Positions 9,738 to 19,133 are shown, counted from the stretch's first letter. The stretch is 64,000 nt of DNA from an uncultured virus (IMG/VR IMGVR_UViG_3300026201_000006) (IMGVR_UViG_3300026201_000006:1-64000), one strand, 5' to 3'. Translations and numbers: made by a program. Notes: generated by a model from the letters alone, not told the origin.

Positions 9738-10963
9738 AGTTTAAACAACACATAACAGAAGCAAAAAATACTCACATGACTCATATTGAGGACATGGTGA
9801 TTGACGGTGGAGTAAATGGAGCAAGGTCAGCTATCTTTGCATTAAGAGATTTAAGAGATATGTTGGCTGGTCATTCGAATGATACTAAAGCAGTCACAGT
9901 TAAATGGGATGGTGCACCGGCGGTATTTGCTGGTATTGATCCATCTGATGGTAAGTTCTTTGTAGCAAAGAAAGGAATATTTAATAAGAATCCTAAAGTA
10001 TATAAATCAGTAAAGGATGTAAAAGCTGATACATCTGGTGATTTATCAAAGAAGCTTATAGTAGCATTTCAAGAATTAAGTAAACTTGGTATAAAGAAAG
10101 GAGTCTACCAAGGTGACATTATGTTCACAAAACAAGACTTAAAGAAAGCAACAATTGATGGGAAGAAGTATGTAACCTTCCACCCAAATACTATAGTATA
10201 TGCAGTACCCGTTGAAGCAGCGCAAGAGATTATGAGAGCTAAAATTGGAGTAGTGTGGCATACTTATTACTCAGGCTCAACCTTTGAAACAATGAATGCT
10301 TCATTTGGTGTATCCACAGCAGCGTTTAAAAATGTCCGAACGGTATGGCAGAAGTCCGCCAACCTACCAGACATATCTGGTTTAGCCACATTAACCAAAA
10401 AGGAAACAGATGAAATTACCAAACATATCTCGAACGCAGGAAAGCTCTTTCAAAAAATCGCCGCTACGACGCTTAATGACGTGGCTTCAAATAAAGATAT
10501 TAACCTCTTTATCAATACCTTTCGCAATACGAAGGTTAGAGCGCAAGAGGAAGTTACAGACTCCAAAGCCTACGTTGAAGAACTTATCGGATGGATCGAG
10601 AATCGTTATAACACCGAAAAAGAAAGGCTTAAAAGCGATGCTGGGAAGGATAGGAAGGAACAAGCGAAGCTGGCAGCCTTAGAATTCTTCTCAGATGAGA
10701 ACAAAAGTGGTCTTATAAGTATGCTTGATATGCAAAACGAGCTAGTATCTGCTAAGATAAAGCTATTAAAGCATCTGGACAGCATGGATAGTATAAATAC
10801 ATTTGTAAAGACTAAAGACGGGTTTAGAGTAACAGGCGCCGAGGGATATGTTGCTATAGATCATTTAACAAACGGCGCAGTTAAAATTGTGGATAGAATG
10901 GAATTTTCTTACAACAACTTTAGCAAAGACATAATCAAGGGATGGGAGTCCGAATCACGATGA
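9734..10963 (+). CDS. ATP-dependent ligase-fold nucleotidyltransferase-like protein (DUF6267-like)
   Basis: KWDG, YQGD, EGYV and VKIV in ligase motif order; N-terminus MKFKQHITE. Confidence 0.6.
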   Translation: MKFKQHITEAKNTHMTHIEDMVIDGGVNGARSAIFALRDLRDMLAGHSNDTKAVTVKWDGAPAVFAGIDPSDGKFFVAKKGIFNKNPKVYKSVKDVKADTSGDLSKKLIVAFQELSKLGIKKGVYQGDIMFTKQDLKKATIDGKKYVTFHPNTIVYAVPVEAAQEIMRAKIGVVWHTYYSGSTFETMNASFGVSTAAFKNVRTVWQKSANLPDISGLATLTKKETDEITKHISNAGKLFQKIAATTLNDVASNKDINLFINTFRNTKVRAQEEVTDSKAYVEELIGWIENRYNTEKERLKSDAGKDRKEQAKLAALEFFSDENKSGLISMLDMQNELVSAKIKLLKHLDSMDSINTFVKTKDGFRVTGAEGYVAIDHLTNGAVKIVDRMEFSYNNFSKDIIKGWESESR

Positions 10964-11502
10964 AATTAATAGATAGATTAGTACAATCATATACACGCAT
11001 AGATGAAGCAAGAGTAAAAGATAATCATAGGTGGAATGCCAATGATGAATTAGCTACTATGAATTTCATTTATAAAGACTTTAAAAAAGAATTAGGCAGA
11101 GATCCAGGTAAACCATATATGGATGATGACGAATTAGTAGTAGGTGATAAAACCGTATTAAGAATGAAAGACAATACATCCGTTGCTGATATGAAAAAAG
11201 CAGTACAAAGCTGGATCGCAAAGAATGTAAAACCTGCTGCTGGTGAAGTAAAGGTTGGTAAATTTAATGCCAAACTTCCTACAGAAATGAAAGGTGTTCT
11301 TGGCAATAAAGCTGTAAAGCTTGATAACCCAAGAGTAATAATTAAAACAGATGTTAACTCAGCTAAAGAAATTCAAGCAGCTGTGAAAGGTACTGGTAAA
11401 TTCCGTATGATGAAACGTAAAGATCACGTTGCTGTATACCTTGATTTTGCTGATGGAGACCAGCTTAAAGCTGCAATGGCAAAGGTTAAAAAAATTAAGT
11501 AA
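10960..11502 (+). CDS. Hypothetical protein, putative internal head protein
   Basis: ATGA coupling; MKLIDRLVQSYTRIDE. Confidence 0.55.
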   Translation: MKLIDRLVQSYTRIDEARVKDNHRWNANDELATMNFIYKDFKKELGRDPGKPYMDDDELVVGDKTVLRMKDNTSVADMKKAVQSWIAKNVKPAAGEVKVGKFNAKLPTEMKGVLGNKAVKLDNPRVIIKTDVNSAKEIQAAVKGTGKFRMMKRKDHVAVYLDFADGDQLKAAMAKVKKIK

Positions 11503-12326
11503 TGTCACTGCATAGTTTTAAAGAACACTATCTTGAAGAGGCTGCGGCTGAAACAGTTACCCTAAACTGGGGTAGGTTTAATCCTCCAACTATTGGTCAT
11601 GAAAAACTTTTAGATGTAACTAAATCTAAAGGCACAGGTGTTCATAGAATTTATGCAACACAATCAGAAGATAACAAAAAGAATCCCCTAGATTGGAAGA
11701 CTAAAATAAAGTACATGCGTAAGGTGTTTCCTAAACACGCACGTTCTATTCTTATGGATAAAAAAGCTAAAACATTATTTGATGTTCTAACTATAGCATA
11801 CGATGATGGCTTTAAGAATTTAGAATTAGTTGTTGGTTCGGATAGAGTACCTGAATTTGAGAAGCTTGTAAATAAGTATAATGGTGTAAAGGGTAGACAT
11901 GGTTTCTATAACTTTGCATCTATTAAAATTATGAACGCTGGCGAAAGAGATCCTGATGCTGAAGGTGCAGAAGGTATGTCAGCCTCGAAGATGAGAGCTG
12001 CGGCAGCCGACAACGATCTTATATCATTTACTAAAGGTCTACCAAGAAGATTTAAAGATGCTGAAGCATTAATGAATGATGTACGTAAAGGCATGGGTTT
12101 AAAAGAAGAAAAATCTTTTAGACAAGATATAAAATTAAAGAAGGCATCAAATCTTCGTGAGAAGTTTGTTGCTGGTAAATTATTTAATGTGAATGATCCT
12201 GTAAAATCAAATGACGGTCAAGAAGGAGTTATAGATACATTAGGAGCTAACCACGTTAAAGTAAAATTGAAAGGAGATGGACAGTTTAAAACTTTCTGGC
12301 TCCAAGATTTATGTTTAAATAATTAG
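11502..12326 (+). CDS. HIGH-family cytidylyl/adenylyltransferase (NMNAT-like)
   Basis: GRFNPPTIGH, VVGSDR, MSASKMR. Confidence 0.85.
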   Translation: MSLHSFKEHYLEEAAAETVTLNWGRFNPPTIGHEKLLDVTKSKGTGVHRIYATQSEDNKKNPLDWKTKIKYMRKVFPKHARSILMDKKAKTLFDVLTIAYDDGFKNLELVVGSDRVPEFEKLVNKYNGVKGRHGFYNFASIKIMNAGERDPDAEGAEGMSASKMRAAAADNDLISFTKGLPRRFKDAEALMNDVRKGMGLKEEKSFRQDIKLKKASNLREKFVAGKLFNVNDPVKSNDGQEGVIDTLGANHVKVKLKGDGQFKTFWLQDLCLNN

Positions 12327-12336
12327 GAGATATATT

Positions 12337-12663
12337 ATGTCAAATATGGCAGGTGTAACAAAAGATATGTACCCTGAAGGAACCACAGCACATTTAGACG
12401 GTTTCAAAGGTCCAAACGGTGAAGTTTTATTGGGTGTTGAATTCACTCAAGAAGAAGTTGACTCATGGAATGGTACAAGCTCGGACTTACCAGCGACTGG
12501 CGCTTCGGCTACCAGTAGCGCTAGTCCAAAAAAACCTAAAAGGGTAACAGCAAAATCCACAAAAGAAGAGATGGAGGCAGCAGGCCGTGAGGTTGGTATT
12601 GAGTTAGATAGACGTAAGTCTAAAAAATCTTTATGGAGCCAATTAAAAAAAGCAATGAAGTAA
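12337..12663 (+). CDS. Hypothetical protein with C-terminal HeH/Rho-N-like motif
   Basis: TKEEMEAAGREVGIELDRRKSK; AGGAG RBS. Confidence 0.6.
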   Translation: MSNMAGVTKDMYPEGTTAHLDGFKGPNGEVLLGVEFTQEEVDSWNGTSSDLPATGASATSSASPKKPKRVTAKSTKEEMEAAGREVGIELDRRKSKKSLWSQLKKAMK

Positions 12664-12686
12664 AAAAACTTCAATAAATATATATT

Positions 12687-13043
12687 ATGGAATTAACTAA
12701 AAACAACTTTGAGTTGTATGCAGCAAAGCATTATCAAAGGGATAAGTGGAGTACTGACGACGATTTTAAGGAAGACATGTCTCGGTTTAAATATATTAAT
12801 AGATTAGTTAATAGGTATTATCGTGATGATGATTTGAAAGAACGATTAATATTAAACCATATTATTATATTAGGTAATGTGTTAGGTCCAGATATATGCG
12901 CTGAGATCTTAATGTCAAAGACACACAATACCCTACAAAGTATTGTAAAAACCTTCTTGGTATATTTAAATTATTTGCCAGAAGATGATTATGTTGAAGT
13001 CCCATTGGATGCAACGATTATAGACGTATTAAGGAAGTTATGA
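12687..13043 (+). CDS. Conserved T4-like hypothetical protein
   Basis: RFKYINRL...LKERLILNHIIIL.N. Confidence 0.75.
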   Translation: MELTKNNFELYAAKHYQRDKWSTDDDFKEDMSRFKYINRLVNRYYRDDDLKERLILNHIIILGNVLGPDICAEILMSKTHNTLQSIVKTFLVYLNYLPEDDYVEVPLDATIIDVLRKL

Positions 13044-13570
13044 GCCAGTATATAAAAGAGTCAGCTGTAGATTTATTCTTAACGTATAAGTTTATTCGTT
13101 TACTTGTTACACCATGGAAAAAAACAGATGCATTTACTGCAGGTGTAATTGACGATAAAGGTAAGCTATTAGTAAAAGTAAAAGATCAAACAAATGCTCA
13201 AGAGAAAACTTATACTGTTTTTCATAGGTTAGTCTTTAATATAAAAAGAATTTTAGAGAAAGTACCATTCGGTAAATCTAAAATTGCGTCTTATGCCGCT
13301 GCGTTGTTTCTACTTAAAGAAGAGACAGGCATGGAAGAAGCAGATATCCTCAAGGCGCTTGAGGATTTGGGTCACGATACTTCACTTGATTTAAATGAAG
13401 ACTTTAAAGAACTTCATGAGGGTCAACATATACTAAATCATGATTTGCAAGAAAGCAAGAAAGGAACAATCGTGCATTTAGATAGTATAGAACCAGTTGG
13501 ACAATTCGCTGGAGTTCCTATATATAAAACAAAAGAAAACATTTATTTATCAGTAAACAATATATTATAA
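13040..13570 (+). CDS. Conserved T4-like hypothetical protein
   Basis: YKFIRLLVTPW, FHRLVFNIKR, SYAAALFLLKE. Confidence 0.75.
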   Translation: MSQYIKESAVDLFLTYKFIRLLVTPWKKTDAFTAGVIDDKGKLLVKVKDQTNAQEKTYTVFHRLVFNIKRILEKVPFGKSKIASYAAALFLLKEETGMEEADILKALEDLGHDTSLDLNEDFKELHEGQHILNHDLQESKKGTIVHLDSIEPVGQFAGVPIYKTKENIYLSVNNIL

Positions 13571-13601
13571 GTATGTACTTTCACACTTAGTGTGATATAA
13601 T
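13571..13601 (+). promoter_or_regulatory. GTATGTAC-class promoter upstream of nrdA
   Basis: gtatgtactttcacacttagtgtgatataat. Confidence 0.75.
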
Positions 13602-13623
13602 ATATTAATTTAATTGGAGTGAC

Positions 13624-15927
13624 ATGACGTCTATTAACGTGACCAAGCGCAGTGGTGAAACTGAGCAATTTAACATTGATAAAATTCACCGAGTGCTTGA
13701 ATGGGCTTGTCAAGACTTAGTAGGTGTATCAGTCTCTGAAATAGAGATGAGAGCCAATGTTCAATTATATGATAAGATGCGTTCGACATCTATTCATGAT
13801 CTCTTAATCAAATCAACAGCAGAGCTTATTACTGAAGCTACACCTAACTATCAAACTGTTGCAGCAAGATTAATTAATTACAAACTCAAGAAAATTGTTT
13901 ATGGTGACAAGGATCCATGGCCACTCAAAGATATTATTGAACATAATATTGATGCTGGAGTCTATGATCCTGACATATTAAACATGTATTCTGAAGCTGA
14001 AATAGATTATATTAATAATCATATAATAGATCATTCAAGAGATGATGACTTTACATATGCTGGTATGGAGCAAATGAGATCAAAGTATCTTGTACAGAAT
14101 CGAACGGATGGCACAATATATGAAACACCTCAAGTGCTTTATATTATGATTGCTATGACATTATTCGGTAGGTATAATGGAAGACGTATGAAATTTGTAA
14201 GAGACTTCTATAATGCTATATCACAATTTTATATCTCATTACCAACACCTATTATGGCTGGTGTGAGAACTCCAACAAGACAATTCAGTTCATGTGTTGT
14301 ATTAGAATCAAATGATTCTCTTGACTCAATTAATGCAACATCAACATCAATCGTTAAATATATTTCAAAGAAAGCTGGCTTAGGTATTAATGCTGGTAAG
14401 ATCAGAGCCGTAGGTTCACATATTGGTGATGGTTCGGTTGTACATACTGGTCTTATACCATTTCTTAAATTGTTTCAAGCAAGTGTAAAGTCTTGTTCAC
14501 AAGGCGGAGTAAGAGGTGGTGCAGCAACAGTTTATTTGCCAGTGTGGCATTATGAGTTTGAAGATCTTGTTGTATTAAAGAATAACCGTGGTACAGAAGA
14601 GACTCGTGTACGTAACATGGATTATGCCTTCCAATTTAATAAGCTTATGTATGAGAGATTATTAACTGGTGGGAACATTACTTTCTTCTCACCTGATGAT
14701 GTACCTGGATTATATGATGCCTTCTTTGAGGATCAAGAATTATTCCAAGAGTTATATGAAAAGTATGAGAGGTCCCGTAAGATTCGTAAGAAATCTTTAC
14801 CAGCTCTTGAAGTATTCTCTCAATTCCTAACAGAACGTAAAGAGACAGGACGAATCTATTTACAAAATGTAGATCATGCAAATACACATGGTGCATTCAT
14901 CGAGAAGCAGGCCCCGATACACCAATCGAATTTGTGTTGTGAAATTGATTTACCTTCACATGGTTTAGAATCATATGATGATGCAGAAAAAGGTGAAATC
15001 AGTTTATGTACATTATCTGCAATTAATTGGGGATTAATTAATGATCCGAAAGATTTCGAAAAGTATTGTGAATTAGCTGTACGTTCTCTTGATGCTTTAC
15101 TTGATTATCAAAACTATCCTATTATTGCAGCGCAAAGATCAACAATGAACAGAAGACCGTTAGGTGTAGGTATCATTAACTTTGCATATTTCTTAGCAAA
15201 GAGAGGTTTAAAATATAATGATGATGCTCTTTCTACAGTTGATGAATACGCAGAAGCATGGTCATATTATCTTATTAAGGCAAGTGCAGATCTTGCAAAA
15301 GAGAAGGGAACTTGCTATAAGGTCTTAGAGAGTAAATACGGACATGGTATCTTGCCAATAGACACATATAAAAAAGAGGTTGACGAACTAGTCAAGCATA
15401 AAGAAAGAATGCCATGGCAATCATTAAGAAAACAGTTACAAAAATCTGGTATACGTAATAGTACATTAATGGCTATTATGCCAGCTGAAACATCTGCCCA
15501 GATTGGTAATGCTACAAATGGTGTAGAACCACCTCGTGCACTTGTATCATATAAGCAATCGAAGGACGGAGTCATGGCACAGGTTGTACCACAAATACAC
15601 AATCTTAAAAACAAATACGATTTGCTATGGGATCAGCAAGGACCCGAAGGTTACTTAAAGATCATGGCAATCATTCAAAAGTATGTTGACCAGGGTATAT
15701 CTGTAAATACAAGTTATAATCCAGCTCAATACGAAGACAATAAAGTTCCTATGTCAGAAATGATGAAGGATCTTGTCACATTCTACAAATACGGAGGTAA
15801 GCAATTATATTACTTTAATACGAATGATCTAACTAACGAGGATGAATCAACTGAGCTTGATAAGACTCGTGAGGATTTTGCGACACAACAGGAGTATGAT
15901 GACTATTGTGAGAGTTGTGTATTATAG
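13624..15927 (+). CDS. nrdA: Ribonucleotide reductase class Ia alpha subunit
   Basis: ATP cone, QFSSC, SNLCCEI, C-terminal CESC. Confidence 0.98.
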   Translation: MTSINVTKRSGETEQFNIDKIHRVLEWACQDLVGVSVSEIEMRANVQLYDKMRSTSIHDLLIKSTAELITEATPNYQTVAARLINYKLKKIVYGDKDPWPLKDIIEHNIDAGVYDPDILNMYSEAEIDYINNHIIDHSRDDDFTYAGMEQMRSKYLVQNRTDGTIYETPQVLYIMIAMTLFGRYNGRRMKFVRDFYNAISQFYISLPTPIMAGVRTPTRQFSSCVVLESNDSLDSINATSTSIVKYISKKAGLGINAGKIRAVGSHIGDGSVVHTGLIPFLKLFQASVKSCSQGGVRGGAATVYLPVWHYEFEDLVVLKNNRGTEETRVRNMDYAFQFNKLMYERLLTGGNITFFSPDDVPGLYDAFFEDQELFQELYEKYERSRKIRKKSLPALEVFSQFLTERKETGRIYLQNVDHANTHGAFIEKQAPIHQSNLCCEIDLPSHGLESYDDAEKGEISLCTLSAINWGLINDPKDFEKYCELAVRSLDALLDYQNYPIIAAQRSTMNRRPLGVGIINFAYFLAKRGLKYNDDALSTVDEYAEAWSYYLIKASADLAKEKGTCYKVLESKYGHGILPIDTYKKEVDELVKHKERMPWQSLRKQLQKSGIRNSTLMAIMPAETSAQIGNATNGVEPPRALVSYKQSKDGVMAQVVPQIHNLKNKYDLLWDQQGPEGYLKIMAIIQKYVDQGISVNTSYNPAQYEDNKVPMSEMMKDLVTFYKYGGKQLYYFNTNDLTNEDESTELDKTREDFATQQEYDDYCESCVL

Positions 15928-15928
15928 A

Positions 15929-15977
15929 GAAAAATATTCTACAGAATCTAGCTTTTGTAGAAAAATTTTATCTTTTT
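15929..15977 (+). repeat. 49-nt imperfect hairpin element, copy 1
   Basis: Aligns without gaps to 21741-21789. Confidence 0.65.
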
Positions 15978-16006
15978 TAACTAATACCGCAAAATAGTTG
16001 CGTTTA

Positions 16007-16038
16007 GTATGTACAAAGTATATAAATTATGTTATAAT
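16007..16038 (+). promoter_or_regulatory. GTATGTAC-class promoter (late promoter TATAAATA follows at 16067-16074)
   Basis: Motif match. Confidence 0.7.
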
Positions 16039-16077
16039 AGTTCCATGTTATCAAGATTAGGTTTGGTATAAATAATT

Positions 16078-16227
16078 ATGGATTTATTAAATTACTTACT
16101 ATTAGGGGTTATTCTTACCCTCGGGGCCACAGGATTATTATCCTGGGCTATCTTCCCAATTTTCCTTGAACTGAATGATGAGCTAAATGAAAAGTTTAAG
16201 GATGAGAACCCTTCGAGACAAGGCTAA
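16078..16227 (+). CDS. Small single-TM protein (49 aa)
   Basis: MDLLNYLLLGVILTLGATGLLSWAIF..., directly after a late promoter. Confidence 0.45.
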   Translation: MDLLNYLLLGVILTLGATGLLSWAIFPIFLELNDELNEKFKDENPSRQG

Positions 16228-16259
16228 ACTACTTTTTATAAAACGACATAGGAGAATAT

Positions 16260-16487
16260 ATGTTAGATAAAATCACAAGCGGCGTTAGTGCTGCATCGGC
16301 TATTGCAATGTCACTAATTGGTTTAGCAATCTTATTGCAAATCGTATTTGGTGGAGCAGTACCTTTCCTTGGCGGCGACGTCATTGGTACGATCATTGGT
16401 ATAGTCCAACAGCTAGGAGACGCTGGTTTAGTTGGTTTGATTTCTGCAGCGGTTTTGTGGAAACTACTAACTCATGATGATGCTTAA
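16260..16487 (+). CDS. Small hydrophobic membrane protein
   Basis: AGGAG RBS; two to three Gly-rich hydrophobic helices. Confidence 0.75.
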   Translation: MLDKITSGVSAASAIAMSLIGLAILLQIVFGGAVPFLGGDVIGTIIGIVQQLGDAGLVGLISAAVLWKLLTHDDA

Positions 16488-16504
16488 TAACATTCATTCA
16501 ATAA

Positions 16505-16770
16505 TGAAGTGAGCTAGATAACGACGTAAAGGTAAAAGTAGGAGCACTTAAGACGTGGGTTCAATTCCCACCTCCTCCACCAAATAATATTCAGGTAGTA
16601 TTATTTAATGGGGGAGACAAGGCATCGATTAGGTAGCAGAGCCGCTTGAGACTCGTCAGTCAAGAAAGACTTTAAAATCAAATTTAATCGGCAATCAGAA
16701 CGATTATTTACTAGCTGCTTGATAGCTAGTTGAGGTTTTCTCCGGAGTTCCTTATCACCAAATACTCCGG
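16505..16770 (+). ncRNA. ssrA: Circularly permuted (two-piece) tmRNA
   Basis: T-arm GTGGG-TTCAATT-CCCAC plus CTCCTCC-A-CCA (ending 16582) lies upstream of the 5' end GGGGGAG (16610). The stem has a G3:U pair. The tag frame GNQNDYLLAA-TGA is at 16690-16722. Outer ends are approximate. Confidence 0.9.
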
Positions 16771-16780
16771 TCTTTCTTTT
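16742..16780 (+). terminator. Hairpin plus U-rich tract ending the tmRNA coding piece
   Basis: ccggagt...actccgg followed by tctttctttt. Confidence 0.55.
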
Positions 16781-16794
16781 ATATACATAATACC

Positions 16795-17106
16795 ATGAGC
16801 ATAAGTTTAACACCGTTAGCTACTGAAAAATTGACTTTAGCACTACAAGATCGAAAGCTTAGGGTATTAGTAAAAACTACAGGCTGTTCAGGCCTAGCCT
16901 ACCATTTAGAATTTGCAGATAAAATAGAAGCAGATGACTATGCATTTTATCCAAATGGTATTCCAGTTGTTGTAGATCCTAAGTCTCTTGCATATGTTGA
17001 CGGATGTGAGATAGACTATAAGTACGAAGGTCTAAATGAAGGATTTGAATTTTATAACCCTAAAGAAAAAGCCAGATGTGGCTGTGGAGAATCATTTACA
17101 GTATGA
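16795..17106 (+). CDS. iscA: A-type Fe-S cluster carrier IscA
   Basis: TTGCSGLAY and CGCGESF. Confidence 0.95.
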   Translation: MSISLTPLATEKLTLALQDRKLRVLVKTTGCSGLAYHLEFADKIEADDYAFYPNGIPVVVDPKSLAYVDGCEIDYKYEGLNEGFEFYNPKEKARCGCGESFTV

Positions 17107-17627
17107 ATATATTTTATTTAGATAAAGATGCAAAGACCAGTGCAGAGATGCACCTTGACAAACATTGTAGTAAGATGCTAGTGGAATACGCACAGCTTAT
17201 GTCTACAGCTCACCGTGTTCTTGACGGTACAGAGTATTATGACAAAAATAAAATAGGTAGAAAGATCAAACGCTGGAGGCATGAGGAAGATGCACTATAT
17301 AAAGCTTCACATGTTAATCATCCGAGTAATGTGTGGCTTCGACAAAGTATAAATAATTACGCATTCCTCTATGAGATGTGGTGCCATCTACACGATGAAT
17401 TTGTTATACGCTATGGCAAAGATCATATGTCATTCGTAAAACTCAAAGATGTTTTAAAGAACCCACCGCGTAATTGTGGTGATAGTCCATTTACACAACC
17501 GACACAAGCCATGCCTGACGATGTCAAGCATAGTGATAGCATTACTGCCTATAGAAATTACTATAAGAAGTATAAGCAACATATCGCAGCATGGAAGACG
17601 GTTACACCAAGCTGGTATACTGTATGA
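17103..17627 (+). CDS. Pyrimidine-dimer DNA glycosylase (DenV-like family)
   Basis: MNIFYLD, DKHCSKMLVEYAQL, HVNHPS, AYRNYY. Confidence 0.75.
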   Translation: MNIFYLDKDAKTSAEMHLDKHCSKMLVEYAQLMSTAHRVLDGTEYYDKNKIGRKIKRWRHEEDALYKASHVNHPSNVWLRQSINNYAFLYEMWCHLHDEFVIRYGKDHMSFVKLKDVLKNPPRNCGDSPFTQPTQAMPDDVKHSDSITAYRNYYKKYKQHIAAWKTVTPSWYTV

Positions 17628-18700
17628 AAAAAAGCGTATTTAAAATAAACACAAAAGGGCACATGGATAAAGATCTATTCTTTGATGAAGGTGTCGACAT
17701 TGCAAGATATGACGTAGTTAAATACTCGTCTTTACAAAAACTATATGAAAAGATGTTATCATTTTATTGGACCCCTGATGAGATCGATGTCACAAAAGAC
17801 AAGATTGATTTTAGTAAGCTAACAAAGAATGAGCAACACATATTTACATCCAATCTCAAAAGACAAATCTTATTAGACTCGGTACAGGGTAGATCACCTG
17901 ACTTGGCTTTATTGCCACTTGCAAGTAATCCTGAACTTGAGTTACTCATTGAGACATGGGCATTTTTTGAGACTATTCATTCAAGGTCATATACTCACGT
18001 GATCAGAAACGTGTATCCTAACCCCTCAAAGGTATTTGATGAGATCACTTCCATACCAGCGATATCCGAGTGTGGTAATGCAATCTCAGAACATTATGAC
18101 AACCTGATCAATTATAAGGGCCCTCACGGTAGCTATAAGCATAAAAAACTATTATATCTATGTTTGGTTTCTATATACATATTAGAAGGTATAAGATTTT
18201 ATGTGAGCTTTGCATGTTCATGGGCTTTCGCAGAGCTTAAGCAAATGGAAGGTAATGCAAAGATTATTAAGTTAATTGCAAGAGATGAGAACTTACATCT
18301 TGCAGCTTCGTTAAATATTATACGTACTCTCTTAAAAGAAGATGAGGACTATGTGAAGATTAAAGAAGAAACTGATGGTCAAGTTCATCAACTATTTGAA
18401 GATGCATTAGTACAAGAAGAGGAATGGTGTGATTATCTATTTGGCAATGGTTCAATGATTGGATTAAACGCTGACCTTTTGAAAGAATATGTACGTTGGA
18501 TTGGTGCAAAGAGGATTAAATCTTTAAACTATCATGTACCATTTTCAGTACATCAGCATAACCCACTTCCATGGACAGAGAAGTGGATCAGTGGCGGAGC
18601 AGTGCAAGTTGCTCCACAAGAAACAGAAATTACATCGTATGTGCTCGGCGGAGTTACACATGATGTTAACAAAAAATCATTCGAGGGATTAAGCTTATGA
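17624..18700 (+). CDS. nrdB: Ribonucleotide reductase class Ia beta subunit
   Basis: LLDSVQGR, ETIHSRSY, EGIRFY, RDENLH, APQETE. Confidence 0.97.
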   Translation: MKKSVFKINTKGHMDKDLFFDEGVDIARYDVVKYSSLQKLYEKMLSFYWTPDEIDVTKDKIDFSKLTKNEQHIFTSNLKRQILLDSVQGRSPDLALLPLASNPELELLIETWAFFETIHSRSYTHVIRNVYPNPSKVFDEITSIPAISECGNAISEHYDNLINYKGPHGSYKHKKLLYLCLVSIYILEGIRFYVSFACSWAFAELKQMEGNAKIIKLIARDENLHLAASLNIIRTLLKEDEDYVKIKEETDGQVHQLFEDALVQEEEWCDYLFGNGSMIGLNADLLKEYVRWIGAKRIKSLNYHVPFSVHQHNPLPWTEKWISGGAVQVAPQETEITSYVLGGVTHDVNKKSFEGLSL

Positions 18701-18942
18701 GTATAGCAGTAGTATGGAGTAAAGACGGTTGTGTATATTGCACAAAAGCAAAAGACTTTTTAAATAAAAAAGGAATTAATGTAGAAGAGAGAAATGTTGA
18801 ATCAGGTGAATGGTCAATGAGAGAATTGCAGGAAGCAGTTCCAGGAGCAAGATCATTTCCACAAATCTTTATTGATGGCAAGTTTGTTGGTGGATATGAT
18901 AAGATGATGGCACATGTTTCTATGGGAGAATTAAGTTTATGA
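18697..18942 (+). CDS. nrdC: Glutaredoxin
   Basis: CVYC and FPQIFIDGKFVGG. Confidence 0.92.
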   Translation: MSIAVVWSKDGCVYCTKAKDFLNKKGINVEERNVESGEWSMRELQEAVPGARSFPQIFIDGKFVGGYDKMMAHVSMGELSL

Positions 18943-19133
18943 TATGCCATGAATGCAATAGTCCAGACTTTGACGTTACTGTTAAAGAAGAATTAGGTTA
19001 TGACAATGATCCTATTGATCTTGGATTGGAAGTGACGCACTGCCCTTTTTGCGGTGCTAATTTAGAATGGGCCCAACGTGGAGGATATGATGCATCAGAA
19101 TACGATAACGATGAAGAACGATTGGACTTATAA
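18939..19133 (+). CDS. Small Zn-ribbon protein
   Basis: CHEC...CPFCG. Confidence 0.7.
   Translation: MICHECNSPDFDVTVKEELGYDNDPIDLGLEVTHCPFCGANLEWAQRGGYDASEYDNDEERLDL

Noticed and set aside
16552..16582. tRNA gene or attachment-site fragment
   Set aside because: There is no upstream D or anticodon arm. The matching 5' acceptor strand and a tag frame lie downstream, so it is a permuted tmRNA.
16601..16813. 70-aa minus-strand ORF
   Set aside because: Antisense to the tmRNA, with no protein features.
13624..18700. Introns or inteins in nrdA/nrdB
   Set aside because: Both ORFs are continuous and of normal length.
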